Of a stretch of DNA of 33,239 nucleotides, positions 1-8,438 are shown one piece after another. The notes under the pieces were generated by a model. It did no database searches and was not told where the DNA came from. It saw only the letters and a list, made by a program, of their open reading frames with translations. The translations under genes were made by a program, and so were the position numbers. Positions within the stretch are counted from its first letter, which is position 1. Every line of letters starts with the position of its first letter. The DNA comes from Candidatus Firestoneibacteriota bacterium (GTDB taxonomy: Bacteria > Oederibacteriota > D2-FULL-39-29 > JBBTED01), in assembly GCA_038042445.1 (NCBI GenBank), contig JBBTED010000042.1:1-33239 (forward strand). The letters run 5' to 3'.

Positions 1-2
1 TA

Positions 3-128
3 AATATTCGTTTAGGTGAAGGCATAGGCGCAGCACTTGGAATAAACCTTATTGAAGCAAGTATCAGGATAATGACTGAAATGGCAACTTTTGAGGGTGC
101 TGGAGTATCAACTGCAATTGAAAAATAA
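3..128 (+). CDS. cobT: 3' end of nicotinate-nucleotide-dimethylbenzimidazole phosphoribosyltransferase (partial, runs off window start)
   Basis: Manual translation of frame 3 gives [41 protein letters not shown], matching the CobT C-terminal RLGEGxGA...EMATFxxAGV signature. Not in the ORF track. Confidence 0.9.
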   Translation, partial: NIRLGEGIGAALGINLIEASIRIMTEMATFEGAGVSTAIEK

Positions 129-160
129 ATCCCCCTTAATCCCCCTTTAATAAAGGGGGC
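128..160. repeat. Short palindromic element AATCCCCCTT x2 plus hairpin; possible terminator between convergent genes
   Basis: CCCCCTTT(141-148)-AAT-AAAGGGGG(152-159), 8-bp stem, preceded by a direct duplication; sits at the cobT / FG-GAP convergent junction. Confidence 0.65.
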
Positions 161-1527
161 AAAATACAACCAGTATGACCAATATTACCACGATAATATT
201 GCCATACTGGTTTTAAATTACGGGATTTTGTTTTCCAGACAAATATCTCTTGATTAGTAGCATAAGCTATTTCTAATAGACCATCGTTATCTATATCGCC
301 TATAGCAGGTGATCTTTGAGTTGCACTATTTTTACCCATAGGTATTGGAAAACCATCAAGCAATTTCCCTTGAGAATTATATGCGTATAAATTCTGCTCA
401 GAACTTCCAATTATTATATCAAGTTTGTTATCGCCATCTAAATCTGCAATTACTGCATCATTACAAATCCAAGAATCCAAAATTTGTGGCCAACCAGCAA
501 AATTAGAACCATCCCCTTTCAACACATAAAGTTTTTCACCAGCATTAGTTCCAAAAACTATCTCATTTTTTTTATCACCGTCTAAATCCGCAAAAACAAC
601 ATTTGATTGGATATTGCTTGAAATATTTTTAGGCCATTCTGAAACCAATTTACCATCATATTTCCATAAATATAATAATGAAGCCTGATTATTATTACAT
701 CCGCCTATTGCAATTTCCAAAAAACCATCTCCATCCACATCACCAAGCGAAGGAGCTGTATAAAATCTATCTTCTTCATTTCCTCTAACAGGGAAATTAT
801 TAACTAACCTTCCATCCAAATGCCAAGCATAAACTTGCGCATTAATAGTTCCTACCACTATCTCCAAAATTCCATCCTTATCTATATCACCTACTGCAAC
901 TGAAGAAATCCATGCAGAATTTTCGTTAATAGGTGGAATTGTTTGTGGCCAACCTAATAATTCTTTACCTAACCCTTCAAAAATATAAACTGCGCCCAAA
1001 TTCCCACGAGCACGCGGCAACATAACTGAAATAATTATTTCATCTTTCCCATCTTTATTTATATCAACTACCGTAGGTGTGAGTGCATATTCAATTATAC
1101 CATTAATTGTTTGTGGCCAACCTGCTTTATACTCACCTTTAATATCCCACACACTAATTTTTACTGTAGGTGGCTGATTTACTGTTGGTGTATTTTTACT
1201 TATAGCAATAATTTCCTTTTTCCCATCTCCATCAATATCTCCAGCAGATATACAACTATGAGTCTGAAAAGATTCTGTAACCCACGTCTGCTTTGGCCAA
1301 CCTGCCAAAATCTCCCCTTTATAATTAAATAAATATATCTGTTGGGTCCCGGCAATTGCTACTTCACATTTTCCATCTAAATCCATATCTACAAAAACAG
1401 GAGAAGAATTCACAAACTGATCCCGTACACTTGTTTTCCAGAAAAGCTCTAAAGCAAATGTATCAGCAAAATCACAAATAAAAATTATTAGATATATTAT
1501 TATTCCAAAGATTAATTTTCTTTTCAT
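136..1527 (-). CDS. Secreted FG-GAP/VCBS repeat beta-propeller protein
   Basis: Signal peptide and about 8 DxDGDGxxEI Ca-binding repeats, each followed by a (G)WP/FP motif. Confidence 0.88.
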   Translation of the reverse strand: MKRKLIFGIIIYLIIFICDFADTFALELFWKTSVRDQFVNSSPVFVDMDLDGKCEVAIAGTQQIYLFNYKGEILAGWPKQTWVTESFQTHSCISAGDIDGDGKKEIIAISKNTPTVNQPPTVKISVWDIKGEYKAGWPQTINGIIEYALTPTVVDINKDGKDEIIISVMLPRARGNLGAVYIFEGLGKELLGWPQTIPPINENSAWISSVAVGDIDKDGILEIVVGTINAQVYAWHLDGRLVNNFPVRGNEEDRFYTAPSLGDVDGDGFLEIAIGGCNNNQASLLYLWKYDGKLVSEWPKNISSNIQSNVVFADLDGDKKNEIVFGTNAGEKLYVLKGDGSNFAGWPQILDSWICNDAVIADLDGDNKLDIIIGSSEQNLYAYNSQGKLLDGFPIPMGKNSATQRSPAIGDIDNDGLLEIAYATNQEIFVWKTKSRNLKPVWQYYRGNIGHTGCILPPLLKGD

Positions 1528-1642
1528 TTTTGTACCGTATGTTTTATTTTAAATATTACTAAAAAAATAGGCATATTGCAATATTAAATAAATCAAGAAT
1601 TTATTTGTGCAAACTGACAAAAAATGCTATAAACAAAAAAAT

Positions 1643-2827
1643 ATGGATGATAAAAAGTCTAAAATTTTTGGGTTTGACAAAAATATTTTCTTTTTAGGTG
1701 TAGTAAGTTTTCTCACTGATGTAAGCTCGGAAATGATATATCCATTGCTGCCAATATTCTTAACCAATATTTTAAAAGCACCTCTTTCATTTGTGGGTTT
1801 AATAGAAGGAATAGCAGAAAGCACAGCAAGTATTTTAAAACTATTTTCAGGAGCAATTTCAGATAAATTAAGAATTAGAAAGCCACTTATTTTATTTGGC
1901 TATGGTATTTCATCCTTAGCAAAACCACTTATTGCCATTGCTACAGCACCTTGGCATATCCTTGCAATTCGTTTTATGGATAGAACAGGCAAAGGCATAC
2001 GAACTGCTCCACGTGATGCACTAATTGCAGATTCCTGCTCTCCCAATGAACGAGGTAAATCATTTGGTTTTCATAGAAGTATGGATCATGCAGGTGCAAT
2101 ATTAGGACCTATTCTTGCTTCAGTTATTTTATATTTTTTCACTGAGAACTACAGACTTGTATTCTGGATTGCATTTATTCCAGCAATATTATCAGTATTT
2201 TTCTTATTTTATAGGGTTACAGAAAAAGTATCTGAAGTCCAAACTAAAGCACCATTCAAATTCAGTCTTAAACCTTTCAATAAAAAATTCAAATTATTAC
2301 TAGCAATAATATTTATATTTACTTTATCCAATTCAAGTGATGCTTTTCTAATTTTGCGTGCAAAAGACCTTGGAATATCCATTGCACTTATCCCAATATT
2401 ATGGATATTGCTACACATTGTAAAAATGACATCTTCTTTGCCTGGCGGAATTTTATCTGATAAATTTGGAAGAAAGAAAATTTTAATAACTGGGTGGTTA
2501 ATATATGCAATAACTTATTTTGGATTTGGATATGCAAAATCTGCATTGGATATATGGCTTTTATTTGCAGTATATGGGATATTTTTTGGCTTAACTGAAG
2601 GAGTAGAAAAAGCACTTGTTGCTGATATCACAGATAGTAATATTCGTGGCTCAGCTTATGGAATGTATAATTTCATTATTGGAATTGGAGCATTTCCCTC
2701 AAGTTTTATATTTGGTATAATCTGGCAAAGTCTCGGAGCAAAAACAGCTTTCTTTTATAGTTCTATATTAGCATTAGCATCAGCCCTATTACTTCTATTT
2801 ACTTTTAAAACTGAATCTCAATCTTAA
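1643..2827 (+). CDS. MFS transporter
   Basis: About 12 hydrophobic segments, G-x2-SDK-x-GR-like motif A in both halves, DRTGKGIRTAPRDAL motif. ATG at 1643 preferred over GTG at 1607. Confidence 0.9.
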   Translation: MDDKKSKIFGFDKNIFFLGVVSFLTDVSSEMIYPLLPIFLTNILKAPLSFVGLIEGIAESTASILKLFSGAISDKLRIRKPLILFGYGISSLAKPLIAIATAPWHILAIRFMDRTGKGIRTAPRDALIADSCSPNERGKSFGFHRSMDHAGAILGPILASVILYFFTENYRLVFWIAFIPAILSVFFLFYRVTEKVSEVQTKAPFKFSLKPFNKKFKLLLAIIFIFTLSNSSDAFLILRAKDLGISIALIPILWILLHIVKMTSSLPGGILSDKFGRKKILITGWLIYAITYFGFGYAKSALDIWLLFAVYGIFFGLTEGVEKALVADITDSNIRGSAYGMYNFIIGIGAFPSSFIFGIIWQSLGAKTAFFYSSILALASALLLLFTFKTESQS

Positions 2828-2835
2828 ATAGCTTG

Positions 2836-5007
2836 TCACGGAGAATTTGCAGTACCGAGAATAGATTGTGCACGCCTCATATTTTCAATAGCTCCTCTGT
2901 GATTTGGATTTATGACGAGAACTTTTTCCCAGTAAAAAATTGCGTTTTTCATATCTCCTCTTGTTGCATAAATAATTCCAAGATTACTATACGCTTCGGC
3001 ATAATTAGGATTGTATTTTATATTTATTTCACATTCACTTAATGCATCATCTAATTTATCAAGTTTCATATATGCTATACACAAATTGTTATGTGCCTCT
3101 GCTGAAAATGGATTAACCATAAGAGCTCTTTTAAATTCTCTTACTGCATCATCATATTTCCCTTGTTTTCCATAAGACGTTCCAAGATTTACAAATCCAT
3201 CTGCAAAAGTAGGATTTATTGCAATTGTTTTTTTGAATTCTAAAACAGCTTCATCAAACATATTTCTTGATTCATAACTATTGCCAAGTCTCAGATGTAA
3301 TACTTCAATATCAGAACCAACATCACTGGCTACTACGAACATTTTTTTTGCTTTATTATCTTCACCTTTTTTAAACAAATACTCTCCGAAACATAGATAG
3401 TATTGCGATGTGACATCTCTTACCATAAAATCTTTATATATTGAAGAATCATCTATCCCACGAACTATATATTTCTCCCAAATTTTCTCTTCATTGTTAC
3501 TTTGAGATACTTCGTTCACCATAGCAAACTCAGGGTGCTCCTGCGGAGCATTTTTAACTTTATATACCAAGCCCAATGTTTCAATAGGAAATTCAAGTGC
3601 AATTTTTGCACCCATAACTCCATAATATATAGGTTTATCAGCAGTTAAAATTATTTTTGATTCAATCTGAACTCTTCTAAGTTGACGCTGATATGAATCA
3701 AGCCATTCCTCACCATAAATATATTTAAACACATTTCCCATTCTGTCATATATTGTAACTTGTGGATATGTTTTTTCCACTAAAGTAATATAACCAAGTG
3801 GAAATGTAAGATTATCACCTGCAGTAAATAAAATTGAATTATCTGAAACACTTTTAAGAACATTATTGGCATTATCATAAGCAGAAAAATTCCTACTTAT
3901 ATCTTTTTCAAAATAATTAGCTATAAGTGGTAAAGGCAAAATTAAAATACAGACAATTACAAAATATTTAACTTTGGAAATAAGCCATAACAAACCTGCA
4001 CCTATCCAAATTGCAAAAACAAAATAACATGGTATAAAAAAAACCTTAGCAAGGTATAATTCTTTTGGAGTTATTGGAAAATTTATTACAAGCAACACTC
4101 CTAAAGTTATCAAACAAAAAATACCTATTGTTAAAATGAGGATTTTTCTGCAAAACTTATATAACAATATTATTCCCGGCATAAAAAACAGAAATGGGTA
4201 AATTGTAAACTCATTTAATAGTAATTTAAAGTATTCCTGTAACTGGATTAAAAATAACCCAAGAGTCCTTGGGGTTTTTTCTAAACCTCCAAATTGCCTT
4301 CGGATTATATGATTAATAAATTTATCAAAGTTGTCCGGATTTCCCCAGTCTAACATAGGATTTGCAAGTGAACGAATTGGAATATAAAAATAAAACGTAA
4401 GCCCTATAAAAAAAACTCCAATAATAAAAATCCATTGTTTAAGTGGTATACCACGATATAAAAACAACATACAAATCAAATAAAATAGTGTCATTAACAT
4501 CATGGTATGGTGATTGCAAATACTTATTCCGCATATAAGAGAAAGAAGATACAAAAATTTCGTATTGTAATTTTTCTGCCAATTTATAAAAATATAAAGC
4601 GTAAGTGCAAGCATAAAAATATTCAAGGTATAAACTTCTGCTTCTACTGACTGCGACCACAGAGTACTTGAAAATGCAAAAAGAATAGCACTACAAAATG
4701 CCGCTATACGTGCAAATTTTTCATCAATCGCTAAAAATATTTTTAATGCAATATGAAATAATAACACTACAGCTAAAGCAGAAAAGAAAGCAGACATAAA
4801 TGTTATTTTAAATGCAGAATTACCGAATGGTATAAGGATACTAAAAACCTTGCCAAGTATACAATATAATGGATACCCTGGAGGATGTGCTATTCCAAGT
4901 ATAGCAGCACCTGTAATCAATTCACCGCTATCACCAACATAAACTGTAGGGACTAAAGTCCTAAGGTAAACAAATAATGAAGTAATAAATAATATTATAG
5001 AATACAT
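2836..5007 (-). CDS. DUF2723 (TMEM260-like GT-C glycosyltransferase) membrane protein with C-terminal TPRs
   Basis: GDSGELI...GIAHPPGYPLY and WSQSVEAEVYTL motifs, about 11 TM segments, about 5 TPRs (NPxxAEAHNNL). ATG 5007 preferred; ORF track start is TTG 5028. Confidence 0.88.
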   Translation of the reverse strand: MYSIILFITSLFVYLRTLVPTVYVGDSGELITGAAILGIAHPPGYPLYCILGKVFSILIPFGNSAFKITFMSAFFSALAVVLLFHIALKIFLAIDEKFARIAAFCSAILFAFSSTLWSQSVEAEVYTLNIFMLALTLYIFINWQKNYNTKFLYLLSLICGISICNHHTMMLMTLFYLICMLFLYRGIPLKQWIFIIGVFFIGLTFYFYIPIRSLANPMLDWGNPDNFDKFINHIIRRQFGGLEKTPRTLGLFLIQLQEYFKLLLNEFTIYPFLFFMPGIILLYKFCRKILILTIGIFCLITLGVLLVINFPITPKELYLAKVFFIPCYFVFAIWIGAGLLWLISKVKYFVIVCILILPLPLIANYFEKDISRNFSAYDNANNVLKSVSDNSILFTAGDNLTFPLGYITLVEKTYPQVTIYDRMGNVFKYIYGEEWLDSYQRQLRRVQIESKIILTADKPIYYGVMGAKIALEFPIETLGLVYKVKNAPQEHPEFAMVNEVSQSNNEEKIWEKYIVRGIDDSSIYKDFMVRDVTSQYYLCFGEYLFKKGEDNKAKKMFVVASDVGSDIEVLHLRLGNSYESRNMFDEAVLEFKKTIAINPTFADGFVNLGTSYGKQGKYDDAVREFKRALMVNPFSAEAHNNLCIAYMKLDKLDDALSECEINIKYNPNYAEAYSNLGIIYATRGDMKNAIFYWEKVLVINPNHRGAIENMRRAQSILGTANSP
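3501..3557. repeat. Repeat family A, copy 1 (in-frame within the DUF2723 gene)
   Basis: TTTGAGATACTTCG...TCAGGGTGCTCCTGCGGAGCATTTT matches 13819-13867 at both ends; hairpin TGCTCC-TGC-GGAGCA at 3536-3550. Confidence 0.75.
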
Positions 5008-5014
5008 TTTTATG

Positions 5015-5135
5015 CTATGTAAGACCAATTAATTTTATTGTAGAAATAGTTCCTTTACCTGCTTCACTTTCAACTTCAATAACGCCATTATGTTTAAGAT
5101 TGTTTAATAACTTCTACTATAAGAGAACCTGTCCA
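5015..5135 (-). pseudogene. Relic 3' fragment of a sensor histidine kinase (HATPase_c end)
   Basis: Minus frame 5092-5015 reads HNGVIEVESEAGKGTISTIKLIGLT*; the upstream shifted frame reads TGSLIVEVIKQ; in-frame stop upstream and no start codon. Confidence 0.65.
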
Positions 5136-5197
5136 TTGTTTATAAATAAATAAACCATTTCTTTAAAATTTCATCTTTCCTTGCAAAAACTAAATCA

Positions 5198-5232
5198 CCC
5201 CATCCTAACCCTCCCCCATCAAGAGAGAGGGA
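5198..5232. repeat. Repeat family B (CCCTCACCCT-CCCTCTCCC-GGGAGAGGG type), degenerate copy
   Basis: CCCCATCCTAACCCTCCCCCATCAAGAGAGAGGGA aligns with the copy at 9535-9571. Confidence 0.7.
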
Positions 5233-5286
5233 ATTGTTTATAAACCCTATAACAAGCTACAGGAAATTATCAAATTAAACTGGTAT

Positions 5287-5997
5287 CTAAATTGTGTATG
5301 CTAATGAAACAGCAAATTGCCCACTAGAATAATTGGTCCCGACAGAAGGAGTTATTAACTGATGAGTATATTCAACCAAAACTGCTCCTTGCATAGACCA
5401 AGCAATAGCAGTTCCCAGTGTAATATCAATTTGATAAGAATCACCAATAGTTCCAGAGATATTCCGGTAAAGCACTCCAGTATATGGAACAAAAGGAATA
5501 ACTAACTTGCTAACTCCAACTCCTAACAATCTCTGAGAACCATCAGTAGTTATTTCTCCAAGACCTGCAATCTTCACCTTCTTCGATAGTAATTTATAAC
5601 CACCACCAACAGCTACGGAAATAGGAAAATTTTCACCTTCGGTTATTAATGTATATTTTAACATTGGACCGTAACCTATAATCGAAGACTCAAAGCCTGA
5701 CGGTAATCCGCTTAGCGTTACAGAACCAACACCAAAAAGAATGTCCAGTTGATCAATTAAACCATAACCCACATAACCACCAAAACATGTTCCTTTATAG
5801 TCTTTGTTATTACTTACATTTGAATCCTGAATCCATGTTCCTAACCCTACAAACTTTCCTTTACCAATAGAATTAGCAGTAGTTAATAATTCTGCAGAAC
5901 TCATAGAAACTACAAAAAGCACCAAAAAACACAAAACTAATACTGTTTTCATATTTTTTCCAATTTTCATATTTGTTAATTCCACAATGCATTCCAT
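5287..5997 (-). CDS. Putative small outer-membrane beta-barrel protein
   Basis: Signal peptide (alternative start at 5952, MKTVLVLC...), Gly/aromatic-rich alternating strands, C-terminal strand FAVSLAYTI. Confidence 0.6.
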   Translation of the reverse strand: MECIVELTNMKIGKNMKTVLVLCFLVLFVVSMSSAELLTTANSIGKGKFVGLGTWIQDSNVSNNKDYKGTCFGGYVGYGLIDQLDILFGVGSVTLSGLPSGFESSIIGYGPMLKYTLITEGENFPISVAVGGGYKLLSKKVKIAGLGEITTDGSQRLLGVGVSKLVIPFVPYTGVLYRNISGTIGDSYQIDITLGTAIAWSMQGAVLVEYTHQLITPSVGTNYSSGQFAVSLAYTI

Positions 5998-6094
5998 TTA
6001 CCATCACCTATTTTCTTAATTTTAACCTGCCTCAATCACCCCCTTAGAACAAATCTTATAATATACAATTGAATTTTGAAATCTACAAATATGC

Positions 6095-6565
6095 TTATCT
6101 GGATATTTTAAATATTTTATATTTTAGGGTACCGGCTGGAACATTTATTTCTACTATATCATTTTCTTTATGGCCAATTAACCCTTTACCTATTGGTGAA
6201 GTAATAGATATTTTATTTTGTTTGTAATCTGCTTCTAATTCTGAAACAAGAGCATATTCAGTCTCTTCCTGTGAATCCAAATCTTTAATCTTAACTATTG
6301 TTCCTACTGCAACTTCTCCTTTAGGAATATTTTCTTTATTAATCACACGAGCACGACTTAAATTGCTTTCCAACTCATTAATTTTTCTCTCATTTACCGC
6401 CTGTGCTTCTTTAGCAGCATCATATTCAGCATTTTCAGATATATCTCCATGTGCCCTTGCTTCCTCTATTTCTTTAGATATTTTCCTGCGTTTTACCGTT
6501 TTTAAAACTGCAAGTTCTTCCGTAAGTCTCTCATAGCCTTCTTTTGTTAAATATATTTCGCCCAT
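6095..6565 (-). CDS. greA: Transcription elongation factor GreA
   Basis: ARAHGDISENAEYDAAK and ISITSPIGKGL motifs; SD GAGGTG. Confidence 0.97.
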   Translation of the reverse strand: MGEIYLTKEGYERLTEELAVLKTVKRRKISKEIEEARAHGDISENAEYDAAKEAQAVNERKINELESNLSRARVINKENIPKGEVAVGTIVKIKDLDSQEETEYALVSELEADYKQNKISITSPIGKGLIGHKENDIVEINVPAGTLKYKIFKISR

Positions 6566-6650
6566 AATTCACCTCACAAATTACAATTACGTTAAATAAA
6601 ATTTTCCTAAAATCCCTACTATTCAGTCATACTTACAGTATTCCCTTCGA

Positions 6651-7421
6651 TCAAATTATTCTACTATCAATATTAAATACTTGTCCTGATACACTTTTTA
6701 AACTTGCAAGGAATACAACAAATTCAGAAAGTTCATCCAAATTACCAAGTGTATTAAGAACGCTTTCTGCTTTCGCCCTTTCTATCATTTTTTTTGAAAT
6801 GGCTACACTATTCCCTTCGGTCTCTGATTTACTCATAGCTGTCAAATTAAAACCCGGCAAAATTGCATTTACATTTATATGGAATTTGCCTAATTCTCGT
6901 GCTGCAGATTTTGTTAAACCCAAAATTGCAGATTTTGATGCAGAATAATTTGTCTGACCAAAATTTCCACGAACTCCACAAATTGAAGATATATTTATAA
7001 TATATCCTGATTTTTGTAATATCATAATTGGAGTTACAGCTTTTATACAATTAAATGTCCCTGTTAAATTTGTATTTATAACTTCATCCCAATTGTCTAA
7101 ATTCATTTTAATAAGTAATGAATCTTTAACTATACCTGCATTATTAATAAGTATATCTATTTTTTTCCATTTTTCCACAACATACTCAACCATCTTTTGA
7201 ACCTGCAAATACTCTGAAACATCTGCACAATACTTCACAGCTTCACCACCAGAATTATTTATTTCTGCTACAACCTCATCTGCTTCACGAAAACTATTTT
7301 TATAGTTAACAACAACTCTTGCACCTTTTTCACCAAATCTAAATGCAATAGCTTTTCCAATCCCACGGCTTGCACCAGTCACAATTGCAACTTTTTTATT
7401 ATCTTTTGAAGAAACCTTCAT
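6651..7421 (-). CDS. fabG: 3-oxoacyl-ACP reductase (SDR family)
   Basis: TGASRGIG, NNAGI, GQTNYSASK catalytic motif; ATGA overlap with the bioB stop. Confidence 0.85.
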   Translation of the reverse strand: MKVSSKDNKKVAIVTGASRGIGKAIAFRFGEKGARVVVNYKNSFREADEVVAEINNSGGEAVKYCADVSEYLQVQKMVEYVVEKWKKIDILINNAGIVKDSLLIKMNLDNWDEVINTNLTGTFNCIKAVTPIMILQKSGYIINISSICGVRGNFGQTNYSASKSAILGLTKSAARELGKFHINVNAILPGFNLTAMSKSETEGNSVAISKKMIERAKAESVLNTLGNLDELSEFVVFLASLKSVSGQVFNIDSRII

Positions 7422-8380
7422 CTCAATTCTAAATCTTTAAGCATCTGAATATCTTCTTTACAAGGTCTACCTGAAGTCGTAAGATAATTTCCAAGCATTG
7501 TGCCATTTGCCCCTGCATAATACATCCAACTTTGCAAATCCCTCAATACTACTTCTCTTCCACCGCAAACTTTTATATCTTTATTCGGCAATACAAAACG
7601 ATAGAGTGCAATAATCCTTAAAGCAAGCAATGGTGTGATTTCTTTTTTTCCTTCAAAAGGAGTTCCAGATTTAGGATTTAAAAAGTTTATAGGAATAGAA
7701 TCTACATTTAAATCCTTTAACGTAAATGCAAGCTCAACCCAATCTTCTCTTGTTTCTCCTAACCCAAATATTCCACCACAGCAAACTTTTAGACCTGTTT
7801 TTTTTAAAGTAATTATAGTTTTAATTTTGTCATCATAAGTATGTGTAGTACATATTTGAGGGAAAAACCTTCTGGATGTTTCAAGATTATGATGATATTT
7901 AATTAAACCGTTATTTTTTAATATATTTGCTTCACTCTCATTAACTTCACCAAGTGATACACAAGAATACAACCCTAATTTATTTATCTCTCCAATTGAA
8001 TTACATATTACTTTAAGTTCATCATCACTAACAACCCCCTTGCCACTTGTAACTATACTAAATCCATCAGCACCAGTTTCTTTAGCTTGTTTAGCAGACT
8101 TTAATATTGTATTAAAATCAACAAGTGAATATGTATTTACTTGTGTATCATAATAAATAGATTGTGCACAAAATTTACAGTCTTCAGAACAAGCACCTGA
8201 TTTTGCATTTATTATTGAACAAAACCTCAGAGTGTTTTTTTTAAACTTTGCCCTTATTTTATTTGCAAAATATAGTATATCGTATAAATCCTCTGAATTT
8301 ACTAAAAATAATGCTTCATCCTTTGTCAAATCACTACCTGTAAGTATTTTATTTCCTATTTCTTCAATTTCTTTATTCAT
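7418..8380 (-). CDS. bioB: Biotin synthase
   Basis: CSEDCKFCAQS radical-SAM motif, YHHNLETS, CCGGIFGLGE, GNYLTT. Confidence 0.96.
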   Translation of the reverse strand: MNKEIEEIGNKILTGSDLTKDEALFLVNSEDLYDILYFANKIRAKFKKNTLRFCSIINAKSGACSEDCKFCAQSIYYDTQVNTYSLVDFNTILKSAKQAKETGADGFSIVTSGKGVVSDDELKVICNSIGEINKLGLYSCVSLGEVNESEANILKNNGLIKYHHNLETSRRFFPQICTTHTYDDKIKTIITLKKTGLKVCCGGIFGLGETREDWVELAFTLKDLNVDSIPINFLNPKSGTPFEGKKEITPLLALRIIALYRFVLPNKDIKVCGGREVVLRDLQSWMYYAGANGTMLGNYLTTSGRPCKEDIQMLKDLELR

Positions 8381-8403
8381 ATTTTTTGCATATGCAATTT
8401 ATC

Positions 8404-8438
8404 CTATCTACTCCCTACCATCTGCTATCTACTTATTA
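8404..8438. repeat. Degenerate 7-bp tandem repeat array
   Basis: CTATCTA/CTCCCTA/CCATCTG/CTATCTA/CTTATTA; contains the stop codon of the M24 gene. Confidence 0.55.

Noticed and set aside
5976..6035. 19-aa minus-strand uORF (TTG start, MRQVKIKKIGDGKWNALWN)
   Set aside because: SD spacing is too short and nothing else supports it.
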